The notes: generated by a model not told the origin, from the sequence alone. Counted from the first letter of the stretch, positions 32,759 to 49,259 are shown. The stretch: DNA of 64,000 bases from an uncultured delta proteobacterium (GCA_963704165.1 CAVPHD010000009.1:288001-352000), one strand, 5' to 3'. A program made the numbers and translations.

Positions 32759-35034
32759 CTTCGTCGAAGCTCTCCCCGAGCTGCGAGAGGATCGACTCGG
32801 CGATCGGCTTCACGAACTTCAGGACGTAGTGATCGCGGTCGAGCTCGGCCGGAAGGTCGCCATCGGGCTCGACCGCTTCGGGCCCGAAGCGCGTCATGAC
32901 GTAGTTCACGGTGCGTCCGACCGGAACCCGGGCGCGGCGCGCGGCCTCGACGTGCGGCGGAATCGAAGCCGTGTAGCGCTCGACGGCTCCCTTGCGCAGC
33001 GCCTTTCGGATCACCAGTTCGCGGTCGAGTCGTCCCTCGCGAAGATCCGCGACCACCTCGCGCACGAAGTCCGCGACCGGCTCGTCGCGAAAGAGCCGCT
33101 CGAGCATGCCGCGCTGCAACCTGCGCGAGACCTCGGGCCAGTCGCGTCTCACCGCCTCGAGCCCGACCACGTGCAGATTGCCGTTCAGGAGTCCCGCGTA
33201 GCGCTTGCGGCTGCCCTGGGTTCCACCGCGCACGCTCGGCTGGTAGAAGCGCTCGTAGACGTGCTCGAGCTCGAGCTCGAGCCGGGGCTCGACCGCCCAC
33301 TCGCTGCGCACCTGCGCCGAGAGGTCGGCCTGGACTCGTGACCGCAGATCCTCCGCGATCTCGCGGGCGCGCGCGAGCGTCACCTGTTCATCGACGAGCA
33401 CGAAGATGGAATCGGTGTCGCCGTAGAGCACGCGCGCCTCGCACGCCTCGAACGCGAGTCGCGTGCGCTCGAGCACGAGCCGCCCGAATCCCGTGATCGC
33501 GTTGGCGACCTCGGGGTCGAAGAAGCGGCAGGACGGCGCGCCGAGCACGCCGAAGAGCGCGTTCATCATGATCTTGATCGCGAGGTCGGCGTGGCGATCT
33601 CCGCGCCGCTTCGCCTGCTCGCGCCGAGCGGCGAAGCGCTCGAGCACTCCGGGCAGGATCGAGTCGCTGCGCGAGAAACGCGCGCCGTTCGGCGCTTCGA
33701 TCGCGTCGGCGCCCGCGCAGGCGTGCGCGAGCGGATCGAGGTTGAAGGTCCGGATCAGACTCGGGTACAGGCTCTTGAAGTCGAAGACGGCGACGTTCCG
33801 GAACAGACCCGGGTGGGAATCCATGACGGAGCCGCCGGAAACGCGGCCGGGCGCGCGCTCGCGATCGACCGACGGCGCCACGCGGCCACGGTTTCGCAGC
33901 TCGGACAGGTAGAGCAGATCGAAGGAGGCGATGCTCGCGCCGACGCGGTCGAGCTGCATTCCGCAGAGCAGACTGCGCTCGATCGCGAGGTCGAGCAGCG
34001 ACTCGCGCTCGAGGATCTCCTGCACGAGCACCGCGTCCTCGCGGTTGTAGGCGACGAACGCTTCGGGCTCCTCCCGGTACATGCGCTCGATCTCGTGCGC
34101 GGGGTTTCCGGCGGTCTTCGCGATCCGCTTGCCGCGGCCGAGGAGAGCTCGCGACGCCGTTTCGAGCGAGAAGTCGTCGAGCGCGATGAACGCGTCGCGC
34201 ACGAGCGCGATGCCGTCGAGCACCACCCGTCCGGGGATTTCCGCGCGGCGCTGGCGCGTGAACGAGCCGTCCTGGGCCAGGCCGACGGCGCCCGGCTCGC
34301 GGCCGACCTCGAAGGGCACGCCGAGCGCGGTCGCACGCGCGACGAGAACCGCGAAATCGAAATCGACGACGTTCCAGCCGGTGATCACGTCGGGATCGAG
34401 CGCGCGAATGCGTGTGGCGATGCCGCGCAGGAGCGCCGCTTCGTCCGGGTGCGCGATCGCGCCGCGCACGTCGCACGCGGAGACGAGGTGCACTTCGTCC
34501 GCGCCCGATCCGACGAGAGCCGCCGAGAGGATCCGGCTCGCGTCGGGAGCCGTCTCGAGGTCGATCGAGAGCACGCGCAGCGCCGGCCGAGCGCTCCCGG
34601 GCACGAGCTCCGGGTTGCGAAACAGAAGCCGCCCGGAATCCCCGCTTCGCTCGGGCACCCCCGTGATCTCGACGGCCGCGCGCAAGCCGCGGTCGATCAG
34701 GAATCGGTACGGGAAGCGGATGTCCGCCTCGAGCGCGCGTGCGCCGGCGGCCTCGAGCTTCTCGCGCAGGCGCGGAATCGCGGCCGGCACCGGCGCGATC
34801 ACGCGCACCAGCGGCGCGCCGCTCATGTCGACGAGCTGCGTCTCCTCGACTTCGACGTCGCGCTCGGACGCGAGCCAGCGCGTCGCGTCGGGATGCGTGA
34901 AGAAGTACGGCCGGTAGCGATCCTCCTCGATCAGGAACGCCTCGCCGCTCTCGAGCCGGCCGAAGAGCTGCACGACGGCGCGTCCGCTTCGAACGCGGTA
35001 GGTCGGGTGGACGATGAATCCCGACGCCGCCACC

Positions 35035-35042
<8 letters not shown>
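32724..35042 (-). CDS. polB: DNA polymerase II (family B)
   Basis: DLET exonuclease, [25 protein letters not shown]. Confidence 0.95.
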
Positions 35043-38606
<3,564 letters not shown>

Positions 38607-38618
38607 TCGGGCAGCGTA

Positions 38619-39560
38619 CTACTGCAGGAAGTCGATCGCCTCCGCGCAGCGCGCCCGTACCACGGGATCCGTGGCCTGTGCGCAGTGCTGCTGGACGATC
38701 GGCGCGACCGTGTCGTCGCAGGCGAACTCGACGCCCTCGAGCGCGTGCAGCACGACGGCCGGCTCGGGGTCGCCGAGCGCGTCGAGCAGGCCCGCGCAGG
38801 CCATGAAGCCGTCGGCCTCGCCGCCCTGCTCCGCCGCCTTCGCGCGCACGCGCGGGTCCGGGTCGGTGCGCAGGATTTCGAGCAGCGCCATGAGCGCGGC
38901 CCCTTCGGGGTCGAGCCCCGCGACCGCCTCGATGCGCATCTCGGGGTTGCTGCTGCGCAGCTGCTCGAGCAAATCCGCCTGACTCAGCGCTCGCTCCTCG
39001 CGACGAGCCGCGATCTCGGCCTTCCGGGCTTCGCTGCCGCGATCCTGTTCCCGCCGTTCGCGAACCTGCTTCCGGAGCGCGTCGGCCAGCTCGCGCCGCT
39101 TCGCCTTCGCCGCTGCGGTCGCGGCGGGCGGTTCCGCCGACGCCGACGAGACCTCGCCGACTTCGAGTCGCTCGAGGTCGTGGCGATCGGACTTCGTGTC
39201 GAAGCGCCAGTGCGCGCGGTACTTCAGGTCGTCGAGCAGCGCCGCGAGCACCGTCTCGAGCGGCTGGTTCCGGATCTCGAGCGTGAGCGGCCGAGCATCG
39301 AGCTCACCGATCAGCTGAAAGCGACCCGCACGCGCGAGCTTTTCGAGCAGAAGACCGCGCGGCGCCGCCTGACACTCGATCGTGACGCGCCCGTCGACCA
39401 CGTCCACGCGCGCGTCGCCGGGGCCGATCGGATGGCCGGTGGACGGTGTCGGCGAAGCGGGAGCCGCCAGCCGATTCGAGTCGTCCGGCCCACAGGCCGC
39501 GACGAACCCGAGCGCCGCGACCACGGCGAAGGTGCGAATCCAAACGAATCGTACGGCCAA
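38619..39560 (-). CDS. Lipoprotein with STN/secretin-N0-like domain, coiled coil and HEAT repeats
   Basis: Lipobox [47 protein letters not shown] repeats; start uncertain. Confidence 0.6.
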   Translation of the reverse strand: MAVRFVWIRTFAVVAALGFVAACGPDDSNRLAAPASPTPSTGHPIGPGDARVDVVDGRVTIECQAAPRGLLLEKLARAGRFQLIGELDARPLTLEIRNQPLETVLAALLDDLKYRAHWRFDTKSDRHDLERLEVGEVSSASAEPPAATAAAKAKRRELADALRKQVRERREQDRGSEARKAEIAARREERALSQADLLEQLRSSNPEMRIEAVAGLDPEGAALMALLEILRTDPDPRVRAKAAEQGGEADGFMACAGLLDALGDPEPAVVLHALEGVEFACDDTVAPIVQQHCAQATDPVVRARCAEAIDFLQ

Positions 39561-39581
39561 CTCGCGCTTCTCCCGACTGAA

Positions 39582-39657
39582 TGGCGCGCCCGGAGGGACT
39601 CGAACCCCCAACCCTCTGATCCGAAGTCAGATGCTCTATCCATTGAGCTACGGGCGC
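39582..39657 (-). tRNA. tRNA-Arg(TCG)
   Basis: GCGCCCGTAGCTCAATGGATAGAGCATCTGACTTCGGATCAGAGGGTTGGGGGTTCGAGTCCCTCCGGGCGCGCCA. Confidence 0.95.
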
Positions 39658-39681
39658 GGACCGGCGATTATAGGGACACAG

Positions 39682-40530
39682 ATGGAACTGCCACTCCCCC
39701 TCGCACTGCGCGCGCTCTCGGACGAGGTCGACGAACGGCTCGCCCGCATTCCGACGACGCTGAACGAGTACGGCTACGACCCGTTCGGCGCGAGCATCGA
39801 GTTCGCGCGCACGACCGGCACCATCGGCGCGTTCCTGTACCGGTACTATTTCCGGGTCGAGACGAGCGGGATCGAGAAGGTTCCCGACGGGCGCGTGCTC
39901 CTCGTCGCGAACCACGCCGGGAACACGATCCCCATGGACGGGGGGCTGCTCGGGCTCTCGATGCTGCTCGAGGCGGAGCCGCCGCGGCTGGTGCGCGCGA
40001 TGGCCGAGTTCTACCTGCCGCGGATCCCGTGGTGGAGCGAGCTGATCCACCGCGCCGGAGCCGTCGTCGGCACCCCGGAGAACTGCGCACGCCTGCTCGA
40101 GCGCGAGGAGGCGATCATGGTCTTCCCCGAGGGCTCGCGCGGATTCATCAAGCCGTTCTCGCAGCGCTACAAGCTGCAGCGATTCGGCACGGGATTCGTC
40201 CGGCTCGCGCTGCAGACGAAGACGCCGATCGTGCCGGTGGGAATCGTCGGCTCCGAGGAGCAGAGCCCGGGGCTCATCGATTCCAAGGCGCTCGCGAAGC
40301 TGATCGGCGCGCCCGCCTTTCCCGTGACCTGGTTCTTCCCGTGGCTCGGCCTGCTCGGCTACCTGCCGCTGCCGGTGAAGTACCGGATCCACTTCGGCGA
40401 CCCGATCCGCTTCGAGGGTGACGCGGGCGAGGACGACGAGGCGATCGCGCGCCACGTCGGCCGCGTGAAGGACGAGATCTCGCTCCTGATCGAAGAGGGA
40501 CTGGCGCTGCGCAAGGGCTGGTTCAGTTGA
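39682..40530 (+). CDS. Lysophospholipid acyltransferase family (PlsC-like)
   Basis: ANHAG...D, VFPEG, PIVPV. Confidence 0.88.
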   Translation: MELPLPLALRALSDEVDERLARIPTTLNEYGYDPFGASIEFARTTGTIGAFLYRYYFRVETSGIEKVPDGRVLLVANHAGNTIPMDGGLLGLSMLLEAEPPRLVRAMAEFYLPRIPWWSELIHRAGAVVGTPENCARLLEREEAIMVFPEGSRGFIKPFSQRYKLQRFGTGFVRLALQTKTPIVPVGIVGSEEQSPGLIDSKALAKLIGAPAFPVTWFFPWLGLLGYLPLPVKYRIHFGDPIRFEGDAGEDDEAIARHVGRVKDEISLLIEEGLALRKGWFS

Positions 40531-41213
40531 ACGGGCTCGAGCCCGTGATGTGGCTGGTCGTCTTCGTCATCTCGGTCACGGCACACGAAGCGGCGCACGC
40601 CTTCGCCGCGTACCTCGGCGGCGACCCGACCGCGTATCGCGGCGGACAGGTCTCGCTCAATCCCCTGCCCCACATGCGCCGCGAGCCGTTCGGCATGGTG
40701 CTGGTGCCGCTGATCTCGACCTTCAGCGGGGGCTTTCCGATCGGCTGGGCGAGCACGCCCTACGATCCGCGCTGGGAGGAGCGCCACCCGCGGCGTGCGG
40801 CGTGGATGGCCGTCGCGGGGCCGGCCGCGAACCTGACGCTGGCGCTCGCGGCGCTGATCGCGCTTCGAATCGGGCTCGACGCGGGGGTCTTCTCTTCGCC
40901 GACGCAGCTCGACGCCACACGGCTGGTCGTCGCGAGCGGCGATTCGATCGACGGCCTGGGGCGGTTCCTCTCGATGACGCTCGTGCTCAACACGATTCTG
41001 TGTCTGTTCAATCTCGCGCCCGTGCCCCCGCTCGACGGCGCGAGCGCGATCACGCTGCTGCTGCCCGAAGACGTCGGGCTACGCGTGCGCCGGGCCCTGC
41101 ACCAGCCCGCGCTCGCGATCGCGGGGCTCTTCGCGGTCTGGTTCGGATTCAGCGAGATCGTCCGGCCGGTCTTCCGGATTCTGGTCCGGCTCGTGCATCC
41201 GGACTTCGGGTAG
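40527..41213 (+). CDS. Site-2 protease (M50) membrane metalloprotease
   Basis: HEAAH, AGPAAN, NLAPVPPLDG. Confidence 0.93.
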   Translation: MNGLEPVMWLVVFVISVTAHEAAHAFAAYLGGDPTAYRGGQVSLNPLPHMRREPFGMVLVPLISTFSGGFPIGWASTPYDPRWEERHPRRAAWMAVAGPAANLTLALAALIALRIGLDAGVFSSPTQLDATRLVVASGDSIDGLGRFLSMTLVLNTILCLFNLAPVPPLDGASAITLLLPEDVGLRVRRALHQPALAIAGLFAVWFGFSEIVRPVFRILVRLVHPDFG

Positions 41214-41240
41214 GCCCGCCGCTCGGACGGACTTCGGCGA

Positions 41241-41957
41241 CTATCGCGCCCGCGCGAGCGCCAGGCTGCTCGCGCGCTCGTCCCAGTTGGCCTGCGGCAG
41301 ACCGTAGCGTCCGCGCGTCCACCCCGGCGAGAGCGCGCCGAGCCCCTGGACGAGCAGCTCGCCGAGAACCGGTACCCGCGCGAGGCGCGACACGAGGCCG
41401 GATTCGAGAAGCGAGTCGTCCTCGATCACCGTCGAGCGCACGCGTTCGGGCGCGAGCCGGACGAGCCGGATCGCGATCCGCGCGCTCGACTTCGAGACGA
41501 TCAGCTGCACGTCGCGAAGATCGAGCGCTTCGACGAGCGCCGCCAGATCCGCCGCGTGCGCCTCGATCACGTCCGCCGACGGGCTCGCGGGTTTCTCGGA
41601 CAAGCCAAACCCGATCAGATCGGGCGCGATCACGCGCGCGTTCGCGGAGCGGTTCCGCAGAACGTCCGCGCACTCGAGCGACCAGCTACCGTTTCCGTGC
41701 AGGCAGAGCACGACGTCACCGGCGCCCCGCTGCGTGTAGTGCATGCGCCCGTGCGGCGTCAGCAGGAATCGGCTCGCGAACGGGTAGGCGTGTGCGAGCC
41801 CGAGCCGCGAGAGCGATCGCGAAGCCTCCTCGGGCGTGCGCGGCTGCGTCGAGACGTAGGGCCGGGTCGAGGCGACCGCGTAGATCCCGAGCCCGACCGC
41901 GTAGGCGACGAGCGCCAACCCCAGGGCAGATGCGATGGCGAACCCGAGCTTGCGCAT
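41241..41957 (-). CDS. Membrane-anchored alpha/beta-hydrolase-fold protein (haloalkane dehalogenase-like, degenerate)
   Basis: N-terminal TM; LHGNGSWS, APDLIGFGLSEKP; no recognisable nucleophile elbow. Confidence 0.7.
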   Translation of the reverse strand: MRKLGFAIASALGLALVAYAVGLGIYAVASTRPYVSTQPRTPEEASRSLSRLGLAHAYPFASRFLLTPHGRMHYTQRGAGDVVLCLHGNGSWSLECADVLRNRSANARVIAPDLIGFGLSEKPASPSADVIEAHAADLAALVEALDLRDVQLIVSKSSARIAIRLVRLAPERVRSTVIEDDSLLESGLVSRLARVPVLGELLVQGLGALSPGWTRGRYGLPQANWDERASSLALARAR

Positions 41958-41974
41958 CGAGCCGCGAGCTTAGC

Positions 41975-44626
<2,652 letters not shown>

Positions 44627-44763
44627 GCTGCTGCGAAGAAAAGCACCTGCTCCGGGGTGTCAACCCGCGGAAACGGAGCCGGCGGGCCCGTGGCACGGGG
44701 CAAGAGATCCTCTAAGATGGGCGCCCGTTCGGGTGCGCGCGCGGGCCACGGCCCGCGCTTCAT

Positions 44764-44841
44764 GGTGGATGTAGCTCAGTTGGTTAGAGCATCGGGTTGT
44801 GGTCCCGAGGGTCGGGGGTTCGAATCCCCTCATCCACCCCA
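44764..44841 (+). tRNA. tRNA-His(GTG)
   Basis: G-1 plus GTGGATGTAGCTCAGTTGGTTAGAGCATCGGGTTGTGGTCCCGAGGGTCGGGGGTTCGAATCCCCTCATCCACCCCA. Confidence 0.97.
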
Positions 44842-44959
44842 TTCGCGCAGGTTGGAGTCGACCCGGGTTCGTGGCCCCCTGGGCGTTTGGAATCCGCAAG
44901 CTCGAGCTGGCAAGGCTGCGGCGGCGTGAGGTCCCGAGAACCCCCGTACGCCAGCGCGT

Positions 44960-46129
44960 TCAGCGCGCCGGGGTCGCGTAGACCGCGCGCTCGAACTTCT
45001 CGAGCGTGTCGATCACCTTCGGATCGTTCGCCGGCAGGAGCTGCATCATCAGCACCGCCGTGCGGCGACGCGCGGGATCGACCCAGAAGAAAGTGTTGTG
45101 CACGCCCGCCCAGGTGCAGCTTCCGGCGGCGCGCCCCCCTGGCACGTCTTCCGTGTTGAGCATGTACGCGAGGCCCCACCGCTTGATCTGTCCGGGCCAG
45201 AACTCGTACGGAATCGCCAGCGCGGGATTGTCGCTTTCGAGCGGCGGAACCGCGATCTCGCCGATCGCATTCTCGCCCATCCGCTTCACGGTCGCGGCTT
45301 CGAGCACACGCGCGCCGTCGAGCTCGCCGCCGCCGAGCAGCATGCGCGTGAAGCGCAGGTAGTCGGGGCCGGTCGAGAAGAGACCTCCGCCGCCCATGTG
45401 GAAGTCGGCGTCCTGCGGGAACTCGAGCTCGATGCGCGCGATCGCGCCGTCGGGCTGGCGCTGTGTCGTCGCGACGATCCGCGGCTTCATGTCGTCGCGC
45501 AGCAGGAAGCTCGTGTCGCGCATGCCGAGCGGCGCGAAGAACTCGTCCTGAAGAAAGCGCTCGAGTTTCCGACCGCTCACCGCCTCGACGATCTTGCCGA
45601 CCCAGTCGATTCCGATCCCGTACTCCCAGCGCTCGCCGGGCTCGAAGAGCAGCGGCGCGCGCAGGGACGCGTTCATGCACGTCGCGATCGAGGGCAGACC
45701 CGCATGCGTCATGTACCGGGCGACGTCCGCGTTGAACAGGTCGTAGGAGAGCCCGGAGGTGTGCGTGAGCAGGTGTCGGAGCGTGATCGCGCGCTGCGGC
45801 TTGCGCGTGCGCGGCTCTCCATCGTCGTCGAAGCCGAGCAGGATCACGGCCTCGCCGAGCTCGGGCGCGACTTCGGCCATCGGCTGCTCGAGCCCGAGAT
45901 GGCCCTGCTCGACCAGCTTCATCGCCGCCGCCGACGTGATCGCCTTGGTCATCGACGCGATCCGGAAGACCGAGTCGAGCGCGACCTTCGCGGCTCCGTC
46001 CGGGCCGGTCCGGCCGCGCGCGCCCTGGTAGACGACGCCGCGGTCGTCCGCGGCGAGCGCCACGACGCCGGGAGCGACGCCACTCGCGATGGCGTCGTCG
46101 AGAACACGGTCGATCGGATTCATGGTCAT
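44960..46129 (-). CDS. Serine hydrolase, beta-lactamase fold
   Basis: FRIASMTK (SxxK), LLTHTSG, PGERWEYG, WAG. Confidence 0.92.
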   Translation of the reverse strand: MTMNPIDRVLDDAIASGVAPGVVALAADDRGVVYQGARGRTGPDGAAKVALDSVFRIASMTKAITSAAAMKLVEQGHLGLEQPMAEVAPELGEAVILLGFDDDGEPRTRKPQRAITLRHLLTHTSGLSYDLFNADVARYMTHAGLPSIATCMNASLRAPLLFEPGERWEYGIGIDWVGKIVEAVSGRKLERFLQDEFFAPLGMRDTSFLLRDDMKPRIVATTQRQPDGAIARIELEFPQDADFHMGGGGLFSTGPDYLRFTRMLLGGGELDGARVLEAATVKRMGENAIGEIAVPPLESDNPALAIPYEFWPGQIKRWGLAYMLNTEDVPGGRAAGSCTWAGVHNTFFWVDPARRRTAVLMMQLLPANDPKVIDTLEKFERAVYATPAR

Positions 46130-47001
46130 GACCTCCGGCTGCCTGCGATCGAGTCCGCCGGGTCGAGGTCGCTCGCGGAGTGGCGCTCGCGCACGCGCTC
46201 CTCCTCGGGTCCCCAGACGCGGTTCACGCGCTGACCGCGGCGCACCGCGGGGCGTTTCTGGATCTCGGAGGCCCAGCGCACGACGTTCGTGTACGACTTG
46301 GCGTCGAGGAAGACCTCGGCGTCGTAGATGTTGGCGAGCACCACGGCGCCGTACCACGGGAAGGTGGCGATGTCGGCGATCGTGTACTCCTCGCCGATCA
46401 GGTAGCGACGCTCCGCGAGGTTGCGGTCGAGCACGTCGAGCTGGCGCTTCACCTCCATGGTGAAGCGGTTGATCGGGTACTCGTACTTCGCGGGCGCATA
46501 CGCATAGAAGTGTCCGAAGCCGCCGCCCAGGTACGGCGCGCTGCCCATCTGCCAGAACAGCCAGGACAGGCACTCGGCGCGCCGGGCCGGGTCGTTCGGC
46601 AGGAAGGCGCCGAACTTCTCCGCGAGGTAGACGAGGATCGCACCCGACTCGAAGACCCGCGTCGGCGGCGACGCGCCGTGGTCCACGAGGACCGGGATCT
46701 TCGAGTTCGGATTGGCCGCGACGAAGCCGCTTCCGAACTGTTCGCCCTCACCGATGTCGACCAGCCAGGCGTCGTAGTCCGCCTGCTTCTTTCCGAGCGC
46801 CAGCAACTCCTCCAACAAGACGGTGACCTTCACACCGTTGGGTGTGGCGAGCGAATAGAGCTGCAGCGCGTGCCCACCGACCGGCAGCTCCTTCTCGTGT
46901 GTCGGCCCCGCGATGGGACGATTGATCTTCGCGAAGCGACCGCCGCTCTCGGCGTCCCACGTCCAGATCTTCGGTGGCGTGTACTGCGGTGCGTCGCTCA
47001 T
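46126..47001 (-). CDS. yghU: Glutathione-dependent disulfide-bond oxidoreductase (GST family)
   Basis: INRPIAGPTHEKELPVG, TPNGVK, NPNSKIP, FESGAIL, ERHSASD. Confidence 0.93.
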   Translation of the reverse strand: MSDAPQYTPPKIWTWDAESGGRFAKINRPIAGPTHEKELPVGGHALQLYSLATPNGVKVTVLLEELLALGKKQADYDAWLVDIGEGEQFGSGFVAANPNSKIPVLVDHGASPPTRVFESGAILVYLAEKFGAFLPNDPARRAECLSWLFWQMGSAPYLGGGFGHFYAYAPAKYEYPINRFTMEVKRQLDVLDRNLAERRYLIGEEYTIADIATFPWYGAVVLANIYDAEVFLDAKSYTNVVRWASEIQKRPAVRRGQRVNRVWGPEEERVRERHSASDLDPADSIAGSRRS

Positions 47002-47155
47002 GGGTGGCTTCCTCAGTCCGGTGTGGGTCGTGAGCGGATGTCGGACCCGATCATGCACGAGTCGCGGAGCCGCGGCGAGCCGCGGAGCGCTGACACCGAG
47101 AGGGCAGTCCGCCTCCCATTTTGGGGGGCCGTCCGCCCTCACGGACCGGCGCCCG

Positions 47156-47173
47156 CGACGCAGATCTGCGTCG
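47156..47173. promoter_or_regulatory. Perfect 18-bp palindrome CGACGCAGATCTGCGTCG, candidate regulator site
   Basis: Self-complementary; lies in the divergent yghU/KAS III intergenic region. Confidence 0.5.
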
Positions 47174-47312
47174 GTCTTGCGCAGGAGTTTCGGGCTCGCG
47201 ATGGCTCGGGCGCTTCTCCATCCTCTCGCGCCGGAGCAGGTGACGAATTCCGGCTCGGAACGGATCTCGCATTCAGCTCCCCCCGTTGAACCGACTTGCG
47301 GGTGGATTGCCG

Positions 47313-48350
47313 ATGCTGCCGCGCCGTGTCTTCCTCGATCACGTCACGCACTACGTCCCCGAGGGCGTGCTCGACAACCACTTCTTCGAGGGGATCCTCG
47401 AGACGACCGACGCGTGGATTCGCGGTCGGGTCGGGATCGCGGAGCGCCGCGTGATGAGCGACTACCGCGGCAGCTTTCCGGTCTTCGAGATCGGGAAGCG
47501 CGCGGTCGAACGACTCGTCGAGACGACCGGATTCGATCTAGGCTCCGTCGATCTGATCCTGTCGGCGAGCTGCACGGACGATCTGCAGTATCCGGGACCC
47601 GGCAACATGATCTCGCAGCACTTCGGGCTGCGCGTGCCGGCGTTCCAGCTCAAGAACGCGTGCTCGTCGGTGGTCTACGCGCTCGAGGTCGCGCGCGGGC
47701 TGCTCCAGCTCGGCAGCTACCGCAGGATCCTGATCGTGAATGGGGAGCCGTTCACGATCCAGACCGATTACGCGGACCGCACGTCGGCGATCCTGTTCGG
47801 AGACGCGGCGTCGGCGATGGTCGTCTCGAACGAGCCGGGCGCGCTCGAGCTTCTCGACGTCGCGATCGGCGGGCGCGGCGCGTGCGTGATCAACGGCACC
47901 GCGCCGGGCGCGTCGCCCACGCGCTCGATCCGCGACGTCTGCCCGGCTCCGCCCGGCGCCGCGGACGACGCGTACTTCGGCGGCATCGAACCGCGCTTCG
48001 GCCGCTTCCAACAGGCCGGCCGCGAGGTCTTCGATTTCGTCGTGAACGACATGCCGGGAGAAATCCAGGCCTTCCTCGCCCGGCAACAGGTCTCGATCGA
48101 CGAGATCGACTGGTTCATCGGCCACCAGGCGAACCTCTCGATGCTCGACGCGCTGTGCAAGAGCCTCGGCGTCGACGCCGACAAACACCTCTTCAACATC
48201 GACCGCTACGGCAACACGAGCTCCGCGGGCTGGGTGACCGTGCTCTCGGAGGCGCTCGCGGACGGCCGGTTCGAATCGGGCGATCAGGTGCTGGTCTCGG
48301 CCTTCGGCGGCGGGCTCGCGTGGGGATCCCTCCTCGCGCGGGCGGCCTGA
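47313..48350 (+). CDS. 3-oxoacyl-ACP synthase III-like condensing enzyme
   Basis: NAC, GHQAN, GNTSS triad; FGDAA; FGGGLAWG. Confidence 0.9.
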   Translation: MLPRRVFLDHVTHYVPEGVLDNHFFEGILETTDAWIRGRVGIAERRVMSDYRGSFPVFEIGKRAVERLVETTGFDLGSVDLILSASCTDDLQYPGPGNMISQHFGLRVPAFQLKNACSSVVYALEVARGLLQLGSYRRILIVNGEPFTIQTDYADRTSAILFGDAASAMVVSNEPGALELLDVAIGGRGACVINGTAPGASPTRSIRDVCPAPPGAADDAYFGGIEPRFGRFQQAGREVFDFVVNDMPGEIQAFLARQQVSIDEIDWFIGHQANLSMLDALCKSLGVDADKHLFNIDRYGNTSSAGWVTVLSEALADGRFESGDQVLVSAFGGGLAWGSLLARAA

Positions 48351-48365
48351 GTCGGGGGCAGGGAC

Positions 48366-49217
48366 ATGACGATCTCGAAGATCGGAGTGGTCGGCGTCGG
48401 TCTGATGGGCAGCGGCATCGCGCAGGTCGCGGCGCAGTCTGGATTCACGGTCGTCGCGTGCGATCAGAATGCGGAGGAGAACGAGCGCGCGCGCATCGGA
48501 CTCGAGAGACAGCTCGCGCGGCAGGTCGAGCGCGGCAAGCTCGCGTCCGCGGACGCCGAGGCCGCGATCGCACGGATCGAGTTCCGCCTCGGCACGGAAG
48601 CGCTCGCGGACTGCGACGCCGTGATCGAGGCGATTCCCGAGGATCAGCCGGCAAAGGAAGCGCTCTTCCGCGCGCTCGACGCGGCCTGCGCCCCGTCAGC
48701 CCTGCTCGTGACCAACACCAGTTCGATCTCGGTCACCGCGCTCGCCGGCGTGACGCGGCACCCCGAGCGCGTGCTCGGCATGCACTTCTTCAATCCGGTC
48801 CCGCAGATGAAGCTCGTCGAGGTCGTGCGCGCGCTGCAGACCGACGACGCATCGTTCGACCGCGCGTGCGCGCTCGGGCGATCGCTCGGCAAGGAAGTCG
48901 TGTCCGTGAAGGACTCGATCGCGTTTCTCGTCAATCGCACGTTCCTGCCGTTCGTGAACGAGGCGATCTTCGCGCTCGCCGAGGGCATCGGCACGGCCGA
49001 GGACATCGACCGCTCGATCAAGCTCGGTCTGAACCACCCGATGGGACCGCTCGAGCTCTGCGACCTGATCGGTCTCGACACGCTGCTCCAGGTGATGGAG
49101 ACGATGCACCGCCAGTTCGGCGAGTCGAAGTACCGGCCCTGCCCGCTCCTGCGCAAGCACGTCGAGGCCGGCTGGTACGGCCGCAAGTCCGGACGCGGCT
49201 TCTACAGCCATCGCTAG
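48366..49217 (+). CDS. 3-hydroxyacyl(butyryl)-CoA dehydrogenase
   Basis: GVGLMGSGI, NTSS, HFFNP, PMGP, GRKSGRGFY. Confidence 0.95.
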   Translation: MTISKIGVVGVGLMGSGIAQVAAQSGFTVVACDQNAEENERARIGLERQLARQVERGKLASADAEAAIARIEFRLGTEALADCDAVIEAIPEDQPAKEALFRALDAACAPSALLVTNTSSISVTALAGVTRHPERVLGMHFFNPVPQMKLVEVVRALQTDDASFDRACALGRSLGKEVVSVKDSIAFLVNRTFLPFVNEAIFALAEGIGTAEDIDRSIKLGLNHPMGPLELCDLIGLDTLLQVMETMHRQFGESKYRPCPLLRKHVEAGWYGRKSGRGFYSHR

Positions 49218-49259
49218 GCGCGGCTCGGATCACCCGCGACGGATGCTAAGGTCGGGTTC

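Noticed and set aside
44627..44700. CIRCE or HAIR heat-shock operators upstream of clpB
   Set aside because: Neither inverted repeat is present; only a TTGACA -35-like hexamer
44691..44706. TGGCACG as a sigma-54 promoter upstream of tRNA-His
   Set aside because: No -12 TTGC; fits better as a -35 paired with TAAGAT
44845..44950. GGGTCGACTCC (minus strand) after tRNA-His, considered as tRNA-Sec or a tRNA fragment
   Set aside because: No TCA anticodon arm or acceptor stem could be folded
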